This document shows positions 37,424 through 50,436 of a stretch of 64,000 nucleotides of DNA, one piece after another. A model generated the notes under the pieces. It did no database searches. It saw only the letters and a program-made list of their open reading frames with translations, and was not told where the DNA came from. Each line of letters starts with the position of its first letter. Within the stretch, counting starts at the first letter, position 1. The DNA is from Mobula hypostoma. Lineage: Eukaryota. The stretch lies in contig NC_086109.1 in the NCBI RefSeq assembly GCF_963921235.1, positions 22,074,001 to 22,138,000 on the forward strand, in the 5' to 3' direction. The translations under genes and the position numbers were made by a program.

Positions 37424-37694
37424 ATGTCCAAGTCGTTGCGCCGGAGGCGGCACTGGCTGAGCCGGGCTCAGGAGGTGGCCGTGCCCGGGGAGGCGCTGCA
37501 GCTGGGCGGCGGGGCGGAGTTTGGACAATTCCCGGTGTTGGCCTCCGCTCCCAGCGGCCTCGAGCTCGGCCCGAGTACCGGCGACATCCTCCTGGAGGTG
37601 AACGGCACCCCGGTCAGCGGTCTCACCCGCCGCGATGTACGGGCCGTCATCAGGCACTTCCCGCAGCCCGTCCGAGTCCGCACCGTGCGGCCAG
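37424..37694 (+). CDS. MAGI3: MAGI3 (membrane-associated guanylate kinase, WW and PDZ domain-containing 3) coding exon 1, PDZ0 domain
   Basis: Kozak [28 protein letters not shown]...GGAEFGQFP...[34 protein letters not shown] matches the MAGI N-terminus; HWLS, [18 protein letters not shown] and TVxPG favour MAGI3 over MAGI1/2. Phase-1 donor CCAG|GTAAGA at 37694/37695. Confidence 0.92.
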
Positions 37695-40600
37695 GTAAGA
37701 GTGAATTCAGGAGGAGGAGCAACGGTGCAGGACCCGGGGGGTTAGGTGGGGTGGAGGTGGAATGGGGAGGGCGGTTGGGTGGATGGCATGTCACTGGGGG
37801 GTGAAGAGGGAGCTAGGTAGAAATGGGGCAGTGTTCTGGGGTGGTTTAGCGAAAGTGAAGAACTGGGAACGGGACCGATCAGTAATTTGCATTGTAGCAG
37901 TGCTGTAGTTTAAGCCTTTGGAGACGGTTTTTTTTAATGTACAGGAGTTGTGGAGTTAAATCATTCTCAAGTTAACTACATTTGTTGTGGTGAAATTGAT
38001 ATGCACCCCAGTGTAAGGGTGATGCCTTTAGAATATTTGTCGAGAAGTTGCTTTCCACCATCCAACATGATTAGAGAATGTTTTTTAAATCAGTAATTCC
38101 AAGGGTGAAAACCTATGTTGTTTAAATAAGGACGGTCAACGTCTTTATCTTCTTCCCCCAACCCCCTCCGGGCCATCTAACTTCTCCCCATGTTTTCTGC
38201 AGTGTTCTTTTTTTAAGCACTGATTTGTGCTAAGCTTTGATTTGTCTTTGGGTTCACTTGAAAGGAACTGTGAATATGGTAGCGTGTGCATGCTTGCATT
38301 TGCTCTCTTAGCGATGTGCTTGATTTGACAGTTGATATTGTGCTACTGAGCAGCTAATGGGTGGAGGTGAACAGACTGATTCTGATTGAAGATTCATAGG
38401 ACAGTGGATGCTGAATTCCTGAGCAGTACATAGGCCAAAATGCTGAGCTGCTTAGGACTGGGACCTGCAAATGGATCACGTGGCTGTCCTCAGATGCAAG
38501 GTTACAATGAGATCTAATGGTGTATGTAGAGTTATGAGAGATATGGCCATTAAATAGAGAGTATTCAGAATCAGGTTTATTATCACCGGCATGTGACGTG
38601 AAATTTGTTAACTTAGCAGCAGTTCAATCCAATACATAGAATAATAAACAAGTAAATCAATTACGTGTATTGAATAGATTTTTAAAAATGTGCAAAAAAC
38701 AGAAATGCTGCATATTTTTAAAAAAATGAGGTAGTGTCAAAAGCTTCAATGTCCATGTAGGAATCCGATGGCAGAGGGGAAGACATAGAGTTATTGGAGG
38801 GTGTAGACTGAAGATGAATGACTGGTGGGTATAGAAGAAAGACGAGTGGCAAAAGAACCAAAAATGACAGGAGAAATGTGTTGGCACAATGAATAGTTAG
38901 GGTTTGGAGTACACTGCCAACGATAGTGCAGGCAGGTTCAGTTGTATTTCTGAAAAAAGGAAATAATTTGCAGTCTTATGGGAAGGGCTAAAGTAGTGAG
39001 ATTATTTGGATTTCTCTCGCATAGCGTCGATAAGGGCCATACAGCCCTCTTCTATCATTGTGCTTTGATTCCCATGAAATGAATTTTAAGGATGCTGAAA
39101 GAGTCACATTATATTGATTAAGGTACGTTGTGTCATTTTGTCCAAAGCAGTGAAACCAGAGACCACGGCCTGTGGCTGAAGGAGTGTAGTTGTAGAAATA
39201 AGACACACAAAAGATCATAGATACTGGAATCGAGTTCTAGTCCTGATCCAGGCAGGGTCTCAGAGTCTTGACTTGAAATGTTGACAAATCTACTCCCCCC
39301 ACCGCCCCATGCTGCTTGATGTTCTAAATTCCTTCAGTTTATTAGCTCCTTAATTTCAAAATTTGCCTTTGGAAAAGGCACTTCGAGGTAGTGGTCAGAC
39401 TAGAGTTCAGATTCACTAGAGATAATTCATTCAAATGGAAATTGAGGGATTGGTTTAGGATTAACCATGATTGTAGTATCTTTGGGAGGAATTTAACTAA
39501 TGTGAATGTTGCTCAAACCTCTCCAGGGGTTTCCTCTGGGTCGTCTTTAGCCAAATTGATAAAAGTAGATTGTTATTAGTTAACACTTTATTATGTACCT
39601 ACCAGTAGCAGGCTGAACTGGAGAGTTGATGTGTATTTTTCCTGTGTACCTCCTGAGATTTTGATATCTCTTCTTTCTTTTATTAACTGCCTCTTGGGAC
39701 TGAATTTATTGAAAGTATCAACACTCAGATTTCTAATTAGTCAATCAGTATGTATCATACTAAGACTTGTTTGATGTTAAATATTCATAATGTACTAATT
39801 AAGCAGTTCAGAACTTTTTAAAAAGTGTGTGTTACATTATTTGTGTGTTGTGAAGTTGAGGTGAATTGACTGATGGCAGTTATTCTTTTGGAATATGATC
39901 TCTCCCTTAGGTTATGTGCTGAAGTCTCAAATATTCTATTTAGGTTGACAATTCTAGGTGGTGTCTGGAAGGCATCATCTGAGCTGCTGACTTCTGGATG
40001 AGATGCTAAACTGGGGCCCGCCTGTCCATGCTTGCTGGCCAGTAATTATTTCTCAAAGCAACCATTGCTCAAATTTACTGCTTATTGCCATGTTGCTGAT
40101 GGTGGAAGCCCGCTGTGCGTAAATTGCACTTGCTGTATTCAAAAATGTGGTTCACAGAGTGCAAAGCATTTTATAAATATTCTGATGGGAATAGTGCGAA
40201 TGAAGCAACAGTGGTGTAATTGTGGCTTGAGGACAGGAGCAGGAGGTTTCGCTTCTGGGGTGGAGGACACTGGAGTTAAAATGACATGACTGTAACTTCA
40301 CAGTGGAGCACAATTTCTTTTGCTCTACAGATGCTAGATGGCACAGTGTTAATCACCTTCCTGAGTGTGTCCATCCTCAGCTCATGCAGTTAATAAAAGA
40401 AAGGTAATTACTTATTCCATGGTGTGTGAAGACTGAGATGTACTTAAGGCACTGGTGAATGGAACTCCTGAGATCTGCATTTTAATTCGGATAATGTAAT
40501 TATCTACAAGCAGGCAACAAAAAGTTCATTGCCAGGAGGTGTAGCATAGAACATCCAGTATATCAGGCATAGCATATTTTAATGCAAGTTTTCCTTCACA

Positions 40601-41058
40601 AATATAAGGAAGGTATTAGAGAAGCTGGTCTACTTTTTACGAGGACATTTAGTAGCGGTGGTCATGAATGGTTTAAAGTAAACCTGTGGTGGTTAGAGTT
40701 ATTAAATAATAAGATGTAGCTTGAAGGTATTTGGCAAAGGAACTAAATGTGCCAAAGAAAAAGAAGATAAAACTGTTAGTGGATTATAATAATCTGGCAT
40801 GAAGTGCCAGCAAGAACAGAAGTGACATGGAGTTGTGGGACTATAAGGCAAAACCTGTACAAAGTCATGGAAAAATTCTGGTTTTGGTAGCTTTATGACA
40901 TGATTGACAACAGCTTGATAGACCAAAAAATACCTTGTGCTTTATCAATATTTTTTGTCGTACACTTGCATAACTTCAAATTTTCTTGATGGTTTATCAA
41001 TGTTCTTGCAGCTGAGTATTGTGACAGTAGCTTGATGATCATTTAGCCAGAATCCTTT

Positions 41059-44000
41059 CATAGAAACATAGAAAACCTACAGCACAATACAGGCCCTTCG
41101 GCCCACAAAGCTGTGCTGAGCATGTCCTTACCTGAGAAATTACCTGGGGTTACCCATAGCCCTCAATTTTTCTGAGCTCCATATACCTGTCCGAGAGTCT
41201 CTTAAAGACCCTATAGTATCCGCCTCCACCACCGTCGTCGGCAGCCCAGTCCATGCACTCAACACTCTCTGCATAAAAGAAAAACAACTTGCCCCTGATA
41301 TCTTCTCTGTACCTACTTCCAAGCGCCTTAAAACTGTTCCCTCTCATGCTAGCCATTTCAGCCCAGGGAAGAAGCCTCTGGGCTATCCATACGATCAATG
41401 CTTCTCATCATCTCATGCACTTCTATCAAGTCACCTCTCATCTTCCGTCGCTCCACGAGAAAAGGCCGAGTTCACTCAACCTATTCTCATAAGGCATGCT
41501 CCCCAATCCAGGCAACGTCCTTGTAAATCTCCTCTGCACCCTTTCTATGGCTTCCACATCCTTCCTATAGTGAGGTGACCAGAACTGAGCACAGTACTAC
41601 AAGTGGGGTCTGACCAGGGTCCTATATAGCTGCAACATTACCTCTTGGCTCTTAAACTCAATCCCACGTTTGATGGAAGCCAATACACCGAATACCTTCT
41701 TAACCACCGAGTCAAGCTGCACAGCAGCTTTGAGTGTCCTATGGACTCGGACCTCAAGATCCCTCGGATCGTTCACACTGCCAAGAGTCTTACCATTAAT
41801 ACTATATTCTGTCATCATATTTGATCTACCAAAATGAACCACCTCACTTATCTGGGTTGAACTCCATCTGCCACTTCTCAGCCCATTTTTGCATCCTATC
41901 AATGTCTCGTTGTAACCTCTGACAGCCCCCCACACTATCCACAACACCTCCAAACTTTGTCATCGCAAATTTACTAACCCATCCCTCCACTTGCTCATCC
42001 AGGTCATTTATAAAAATCACAAAGAGTAGAGTCCCAGAACAGATCCCTGAGGCATACCACAGGTGACCGACCTCCATGCAGGATATGACCTATCTACAAC
42101 CACTCTTTGCCTTCTGTGGGCAAGCCAGTTCTGGATCCACAAAGCGATTTCCCCTTGGATCCCATGCCTCCTTACTTTCTCAATAAGCCTTGCATGGGGT
42201 ACCTTGTCAAATGCCTTGCTGGAATCCATGTGCTCTACATCTGCTGCTCTACCATCATCAATGTATTTAGTCACATCCTCATGTAGTCCCCCGGCCAACT
42301 TCAGGGTCGCTCAGCTCACTGTCGTATAGGGAAACAGCCCTCGGCCCCGCCAAACTGGGTAATTAGTTGGTGTGGATGCTGTGTGATGTACCCCACCCCG
42401 CCCAAATAACTGAAACTACACCAGATACGATTAAATGATTTACAGTTTATAGATATTACTGGAACTATATAATTAATAGAGAATAAAATATAAAAGGAAA
42501 ATAAAAGGCGCCACACTTACCGAAGTTCAATCTCTTCGTGCACAAACAGTTGGAGCTCAGGACCCTTCTTCACCCTGCGACCCCTCGGACCACCTCGACC
42601 GTCTGCCTGGGACCAACAATGGTAGTCGACCAGACGCTCCACGAGTCCGTCTCCGTCTCTTCTCCTCGCCGAACGCCCTGCTCCGGGTCTGACCCCGTTA
42701 GCGGACATCACAGCACCTGGTCCATCCTCTGTCTCTCTCTCCCACCTTCTCCCCCAAAACCCCGCGCATACAATCTCTTACAGACACCCCACAGGCATAA
42801 CTACTAATTTGTCCTCTTATCAGTAGATAATTCAAAACAAACTGCCAGCGCAAGAACTTTCTCAGTGTTTAACATAACAAGGAAGCATTCCCAAGTATAA
42901 CATTACAAAGAAGCCATTTTAATTGTCCTACACAGTAACATAAAAGACGAAACCCCCGTACACTCAAAAAATTCAATCAGGCTTGTAAGGCATGAACTTC
43001 CTTTCATAAAGCCATGCTGACTATTCCTAATCATATTATACCTCTCCAAATGTTCATAAATCCTGCCTCTCAGGATCTTCTCCATCAACTTACCAACCAC
43101 TGAAGTAAGACTCAGTGGTCTATAATTTCCTGGGCTAACTCTACTCCCTTTCTTGAATAATGGAACAACATCCGCAACCCTCCAATCCTCCAGAACCTCT
43201 CCCGTCACCATTGATGATGCAAAGATCATCATCAGAGCTCAGCAATCTCCTCCCTCACCTCCCACAGTAGCCTGGGGTACATCTTGTCCAGTCCCGGTGA
43301 CTTATCCAACGATGCTTTCGAAAGGCTCCAACGCATCCTCTTTCTTAATATCTACATACTCAAGCTTTTCTGTCTGCTGTAAGTCACCCCTACAATCGCC
43401 TTGATCCTTTTCCATAGTGAATACCGAAGTAAAGTACTCATTTAGTACCTCTGCTATCTCCGGTTCCATACACACTTTTCCACTATCACATTTGATTGGT
43501 CCTATTCTTTCACATCTTGTCCTCTTGCTCTTCACATACTTGCAGAATGCCTTGGGGTTTTCCTTAATCCTGTCCACCAAGGCCTTCTTGTGGCCCCTTC
43601 TGGCTCTCCTAATTTCTTTCTTGAGCTCCTTCCTGCTAGCCTTAAATCTTCTAGCTCTCTGTCATTACCTAGCTTTTTGAACCTTTCGTAAGCTCCTCTT
43701 TTCTTCTTGACTAGATATACAACAGCCTTTTGTGTACTACAGTCCGTGTACCCTACCATCCTTTCCCTGTCTCATTGGAATGTACCCATGCAGAACTCCA
43801 CACAAATATCCCCTGAATATTTGCCACATTTCATTCCGTACATTTCCCTGAGAACATTTGTTTCCAATTTATGCATCCAAGTTCCTGCCTGATAGCCTCA
43901 TATTTCCCCTTACTCCACTTAAACACTTCCCTAACTTGTCTGTTGCGATCCATCTCCAATGATATGGTAGAGGAGATAGAGTTGTGGTCACTATCTCCAA

Positions 44001-44640
44001 AATGCTCTCCCACTGAGAGACCTGACACCTGACCAGGTTCATTTCCCAATACCAGATCAAGTACAGCTTCTCCTCTTGTTGGCTTATCTACCGATTGTGT
44101 CAAGAAACTTTTTTGAACACACCTAACAAACTCCACCCCACCTAAACCCCTTGCTGTAGGGACATGCCGATCGATATTTGGGAAATTAAAAGCTCCCACC
44201 CCGACAACCCTGTTATTATTACACCTTTCCAGAAACTGTCTCCCTGTCTGCTCCTCGATGTCCCTGTTACTATTGTGTGGTCTTTTTTTAAAAAAAAACA
44301 CCCAGTAGAGTTATTGATCCCTTCCTGTTCCTAACTTGCACTCACAGAGACTCCGTAGACAATCCCTCCATGTCTTCCTCCTTTTCTATGGCTGTGACAC
44401 TACCCATGATCAACAGTGCCATGCCCACCTCTTTTGCTTCCCTCCCTGTCCTTTCTGAAACATCTAAAGTCTGGCACTCAAAGTAACCGTTCCTGCTCTT
44501 GAGCCATCCAAGTCTGTGTAACGGCCACAACATCATAGCTCCAAGTACTGATCCACACTTTTAAGTTCATCCGCTATGTGCATAATACTCCTTGCATTAA
44601 AATAGACACATCTCAAACCATCGGGGGTCTGAGCGCGTCC
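41059..44640 (-). mobile_element. CR1 LINE with most of ORF2 (APE + RT), frameshifted, interrupted by a solo LTR
   Basis: [76 protein letters not shown]. (AGAAACAT)n tail at 41059. Confidence 0.95.
42282..42962. mobile_element. Solo LTR (Gypsy/ERV-type), 681 bp
   Basis: TGTA...TACA termini with 4-bp TSD CTCA (42278-42281, 42963-42966). Removing it restores the CR1 codons FFEDVTKY. Confidence 0.85.
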
Positions 44641-44744
44641 CTTCCGTATGTCTATCCTCCTTCTTGCACTATCTTGTTGTTTCTTGAGTCAAAATTATTG
44701 GCTAAAATATTTGCTAAATGATATGTTGTTGATAGTCTATTAGA

Positions 44745-45545
44745 AAGGTTTATTATCACTGACTTATGCTGTGAAATTTTTTTTGCAGCAGAGTGCAAGG
44801 CATAAAAATTGCTAAAAGTTACTAAATTGTGCAGAAGATATATAATGTGTTCATGGACTGGTCAGAAGTCTGGTGGAGGGGGAAAAAGTTGTTTATTTAA
44901 AATATTGAGTGTGGGTCTTTAGGCTGCTATACCACCTTCCAAAGGTAGATATGCAAAGCTCTTGAAAATGTCCTCTATGGTGGGAAGGGTTGTGCCTGTG
45001 TCGATACTGGCTGAGTTTACACTCCTCTATAGCCTCTTGTGATCCTGTGCATTGCAGACCAGGTTGTGATATAACCAACACACACAAAATGTTGGAGGAA
45101 CTCAGCAGGCCAGTCCCAATGAAGCGTATTGGCCTGAAACGTTGACTGCTTACTCTTTTCTGTAGATGCTGCCTGACCTGCTGAGTTCCTCCAGCAGTTT
45201 GTGTGTGTTCCTTTGGATTTCCAGCATCTGCAGACTTTCTTATGTTTGTTATAATGCCAGTCAGAATGCTGTGCATCATACACCTGTAGAAATTTGCTGG
45301 AGTCTTTGGCGGCATAGCAAATCTCCTTGAACTCCTAATGAATTAGAGCCGCTGGTATACCTTCATGTCTGCATCAATGTGTTGGGCCTGGGATGGACTC
45401 TCTGAGATGCTGACAGCCAGAATCTAGAAGGTGCATACCATTTCCACCAAAGATTCCTCAATGAGGTGTGTGTTCTTTTGACTTCCCTTTCCTGAAATCC
45501 GCAGATAATTTTTTGGTCTTGCTGGGGTTGAGTCCGAAAACGGTT
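44745..45545 (-). mobile_element. Rex1/Babar-like LINE 3' fragment with a fold-back PLE end at about 45077-45248
   Basis: MPPKTPANFYRC...SILTG and GRWYSSLKTHT remnants. The insert is ACACACACAAAATGTTGGAGGAACTCAGCAGG plus its inverse. Confidence 0.75.
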
Positions 45546-47454
45546 TTGTGGACATGAAGAAGTGTCTAGTCTCCCATTAGTTGGTCTCAGGTTGTGGTCA
45601 GATGGAAATTAGAATAGGACTGATTGTTTATTGTCATGTGTATCTCAAAATTGACATTTGGATGGGTTGCCATTGAGAGATGTGGAAATGACATTTTCAT
45701 AGAGTAGAAAGATGAAAGTAAAATTTCCATAAATTAGCAGCTCTTAGCTCTTTCCTTTGTTAGATTTTTTATGAATCCAAAATAATTAAATTATGGCACA
45801 ATTAAAAAAGAACTGGAGATAGTGACCTTTGGTGGTAGGAAAGGGCAAATGTTAGTTTTGGCACACAATTGAGCCAAGGGTCTGCTGGGGTATAGGCTGC
45901 AGGATTTATTATGTGATTCATTCTAGCTCTGCCTCATTACTTCTACTGCAGGAGAATCCAATTGGAACTCAGGCCTATGCCTTCTCCAGCTGCTCTCTAC
46001 TTCTCTTCCATCTCAATGCTTTTAAGAGAAACCTCTTCAGCCAGAATGTGCGAAACATGCGACTGCTCCACACAAGGAGAGGCTGAAGTGAACAACACAA
46101 CTCCATTAATGAGAGACTAGAAAATTGCATTCTATGAGGGAGCAAATCATGGAAGGTGATTAAAGCATTGACACTGTCCAGTTGGGTTGAATAACCATTT
46201 TTTTTAGTTTCTAGTTGAAGTGTTCCTCATTACTTTTGTTCCTTAAAGTAGAATCCATATTTGGAGAAACCGCATCACTGACAGATACGGGTTTAGACCC
46301 TGGACTGGTCTAGTTTGAACTATATATCTTCTCCTCCCTGTGGTTCTTCCCAAACATTCCCTGACCTTGGAGAAGGAGTTTGGAGATTGCCAGATGTTAG
46401 GGTTTAGCTTCAACCCTTGGGGGAGTAGTATCATGCTGAATTAATCTTTTATTTTGTGATATGGAGACACTTTTGCTGAGTGCTGAGAATTTCTTTGCTT
46501 CTCCCAAAGCGAACCATTCTAGATGGTAGCCTGGCAATTGGTGATTAACACTTGCCATATTAGTGTAGAATTTAGCCTCATTTTAAATGTGTAATGTCTT
46601 AAAAGCAAATGCCTTCAGCTATTATATCTACTATTAACCAGCAGTAGCTTCTGTACTATTTAATAACGATTTTTGAAGCAGTCGTTCACGTTTGAGACCA
46701 TGTGATGAGCATGTTAACTTCTGTTGCACCTTTAAATATCATCTTGGCTGTATTCTGCTGAGAGGCTTCCTGTCTAGGAAGAGGTCCAGTATCCCATTGT
46801 CCACTACTGCATGGTATTCATATTTTTGGAAAACTTGTATCAAGTGTTCCTTGCAATTTGTTAAACATTAGCTGTTTGCTAACAAAATTTTGTTTCATGG
46901 ATCCAATTTTTGGGATCATAATTGTGAGCACAAAGTGTTGAATTAGATACTGTCCCACTTGTCTTCCTGTGTCTCTCAGTCACTGATAGAGTTACAATTT
47001 CTGTCACAAAAAATGCTGACACAGCAACATAGGAGCTCTCTTAAGTAATCGCTGTGTTTGGCTGATGTAACCTTATTGGTGCTGGTGGAATATTAAAGAC
47101 TGGTTTAGGCTTGATTTGATCTGAAATGAGAGGCATGAAATTGGTCACTGAGTGTTGGAGCTGAAACAGGAAGAGCATCACTTTCTAAAACAGCTTGGGC
47201 AGTACTGATCAAGTGGAATGCTTTGTCCATAGATTTTGTTAAGACCTGTGCATGCTGTGCAGGACCCCAGAAAGAAGCAGGGGAGAATGAGAACAAGTGT
47301 AACATCATTAAGCAGAATTCAATGACCACTTGAGAGCATTCTTTGTGCTCCAACTGACTGGTAAGATATCCTTAATGGAGTAGAATTTACAGCTGCTGCT
47401 TTCTGCTTCTCATGATTTTAATTGTTTTTGTGTCACATGATATAGATTGAAAAG

Positions 47455-48112
47455 TTGGTCTATCCACTGTCCAAGGACAGTGCCCTTGTCTTGCATGCCA
47501 GCTGTATAGTTTATTGCATTACAGTAGTACATCGAGTTTGTATAGGGGAAATAATAACAATGCAGAATAAGGTGTTTGTTACAGAGAAACTGCAGGTAGA
47601 CAGGGTGTCAGGCCATAATGAGGCAAGTTTTCCATCTTAATATACTAGGAGACTGTTCAACAGTCTTGTAACAGTAGCGTAGAAGCTGTTCTTGAGCCTG
47701 GTGGTATGTGCTTTTAGGCTTTTGTGTCTTTTGCCCAAAGGGGAAGGGGGTGGAAAGGAGAATGTCAAGGATGGTTTCAGTCTTTGATTATGTTAGCCGT
47801 TTTGCTGAGGTAGTGAGAAGTGTAGAATGTGTCCATGGAGAAGAGGCTGCCTTCTCTTTTTTGCTGAGCTATCTATAACTCTGCAGTTTCTTATCACGGG
47901 CGGAGCAGTTGCCATGCCAAGCTGTGATTTATCTGGATAGGATGTTTTCTTTTGTGTATCAGTTTAAAAATTGGGGAAGGTCAAAGGGGACATGCTAAAT
48001 TTCTTTAGCCTCCTGAGGAAGTAGAGGCGCTACCGAGTTTTCTTGGCTGTGGCATGATGTGCTTAGACCAGAGCAGGCTATTGATGATCACTTCCAGGAA
48101 CTGGAAGCTGTT
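47455..48112 (-). mobile_element. Rex1/Babar-like LINE 3' fragment
   Basis: AGAAGCTGTTCTTGAGCCTGGTGGT and CTCCTGAGGAAGTAGAGGCGCT (reverse complement of QRLYFLRRL-like sequence). Confidence 0.7.
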
Positions 48113-49424
48113 GATGTGACCAGGATTTGAAGTGTTTTATTCTGCGCTTCAATCAGCAAAACAGATTTGCTCGTTGAGTTCGTTAATATCTGTGGGATAT
48201 GTATTCAAATTAGCTGAGGCTTTTGCCTCCATTAAGGTTTTGGCAGAACCTCAGAAAATGCATTCGTTGACTACTGCTTTGAATCATCTCAAGAGTGAAA
48301 GCTATATAAATGCAATTTATTGAATCTCAGTTGATTTCATTCCTGCTGTTTAGTCGTTGGTACTCTCCTATGATTGTAATCTCTGTTAGACAACCCCAGT
48401 CAAAGAGCATACGTGGACAAGGAACCTGTCGTCATTCCCTTTGTGTACAGTTGGCTTCCTGTGTGACCTGGAAGAAAGTGGACATGTACCTCAGCATATT
48501 GTCAGGAGCGAGTGTGAGGAGAACGTTCTAATATTTCTCTTTAAAAGGATATTTATTCCAGGAGGAAGAAGTAATTTGTTTCCTTATCAGGAGCTGTTTG
48601 GGTAGTACATGGTTCTTGGGCATCTACATTGTATGTTAAGAGATTCTGTCAGCTTGTTAAGCAACCTTGGATAGTAATTAGTTGCAGAAACTATAGTGAT
48701 CAGACCTATAAAAAGCAACTGGCTGGTTTAACAGAGGTGCAGAGCAATCAGTTCCTACCTGAAAGTTGCTCCTATTCTGTAAAGTATTGTTAATAATCAA
48801 AGTTTAATTGAGAAGTAGGGGATACAATGTTTAGAAAAAGTTAGATCATAGTTAAAAACTTGTGCCTTGATACCATCTTTCTGCACTATACCCATATCTC
48901 TTACATTTCTCCCTATTAGCTAGAAAGCTGTCAGTTGTATGTGGTTTATATATTAGGTATTTTAATACTCTGTAGAATGTGGAATTTTGTTGCAAAGATA
49001 ATGGTTTTAAATTTTCATAATTTGCTGATTATTGGTTGGATAATCTTGTGTTTGAGACATACAGACATCTTGGAATTTCAAAGCCTGGAAGAAATTGATT
49101 GTAAACTAATTAATTCCAGGCAATCCTATAACTGAATATATGTGTTTGGGAAAATTTTCCTTAAAACAAATCTTGAGCATGGATCTCTCCTCTGATTTCT
49201 TCCCTCCTTTAAACCCTTATCACTAGGTTAGGTTCTCATCATTCACAACTGAGCCCTGTCAGCTATGGTCACACAAGAAAAAGGTATATTCTGCTTGATT
49301 AAGGATCAACTTTATTCGCCATATGCATTTACATGCATTGGGAATTTGCTGTGTGTATTGGTGCTACATGCAATAAAAAGATAACATTTAACAATTATAC
49401 ATAGTAAAGAATTGTATGACTTGC

Positions 49425-50436
49425 TTTTTGGGAGAAACCAGTGAGTGGTAGTAGATGGTTGCCTCTCTGATTGGAGTCTTGTGATTAGTGGAATGCCACA
49501 GCGATCGGTACTGCGTCTGTTGTTTATCATTTATATCAACGATCAATATGATGTGATTGACTGGATCGGAAATTCGGGGATGACACCAAGACTGGGGATG
49601 TAGTGGATGGTGAGGAAGGCTATCATGGCTTGCAGTAGCATCTGGACTGACTGGAAAAATGGGCTCAGAATGGTAGATGGACTTTAATGTAGATAAGTGC
49701 GAGGTGTTGCACTTTGGTAGGACCAACCAGGGTAGGTCTTGCACAGTGAACAGTAGGACACCGAGGAGTGTGGTAGAACAAAGGGATCTGGGAATACAGG
49801 TCCGTAATTTACTGAATGTAGGATCATGGGTAGATGGGGTTGTAAAGAAAGCTTTGGTACATTGGCCTTCATAGATCAAAATATTGAGTGTAGGTGATGG
49901 GATGTTATGTTGAATTTGTATAAGACATTGTGGCCTAATTTGGAGTATTGTATGCAGTTTTGGTCACCTACCTACTGGAAAGATGTGAATACAGAGAAAA
50001 TTTACAAGTATGTTGCTGCATCTGAATGACAGTAGTTATAAGGAAAGATTGAGTAGGTTAGGAATTTATTTCTTGGAGCATAGAAGATTAGGAGATTTGG
50101 TAGAGGTATACAAAATTATAAGGGTATACAGTAGATAGGGTAAATGCAAGCAGGCTTTTTCCACTGAGTTTATGTGATACTGCCACCAGAGATCGGGTTG
50201 AAAGTTAAATTTTAAGGGGAACATGAGTGGAAACTTCACTCAGAAGGTCGTGAGTGTTTAATGAACTGCCAGCACAAGTGGTGCATGTGAACTTGATTTC
50301 AATGTTTAAGAGGAGTTTGGATAGGTTCATGGAAGTTAGGGGTATGGGAGGCTGTGCAGGTCAATGGGAGTAGGCAGCTTAAATGGTTTGTCATGGATTA
50401 GATGGGCTGAAGGGCCTGTTTTTACTTTTCTATGAC
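49425..50436 (+). mobile_element. CR1 3' fragment
   Basis: MDFNVDKCEVLHFGRTN...EQRDLGIQV, plus a CR1 tail. Another CR1 3' piece lies at about 50845-51225. Confidence 0.88.

Noticed and set aside
36908..37794. Minus-strand ORFs over the CpG island as a divergent gene
   Set aside because: They are expected by-products of high GC and antisense to a coding exon, with no recognisable domain.
37695..37804. ORF-track extension of the MAGI3 ORF to 126 aa
   Set aside because: Homology ends at the GTAAGA donor; the rest is intron read-through.
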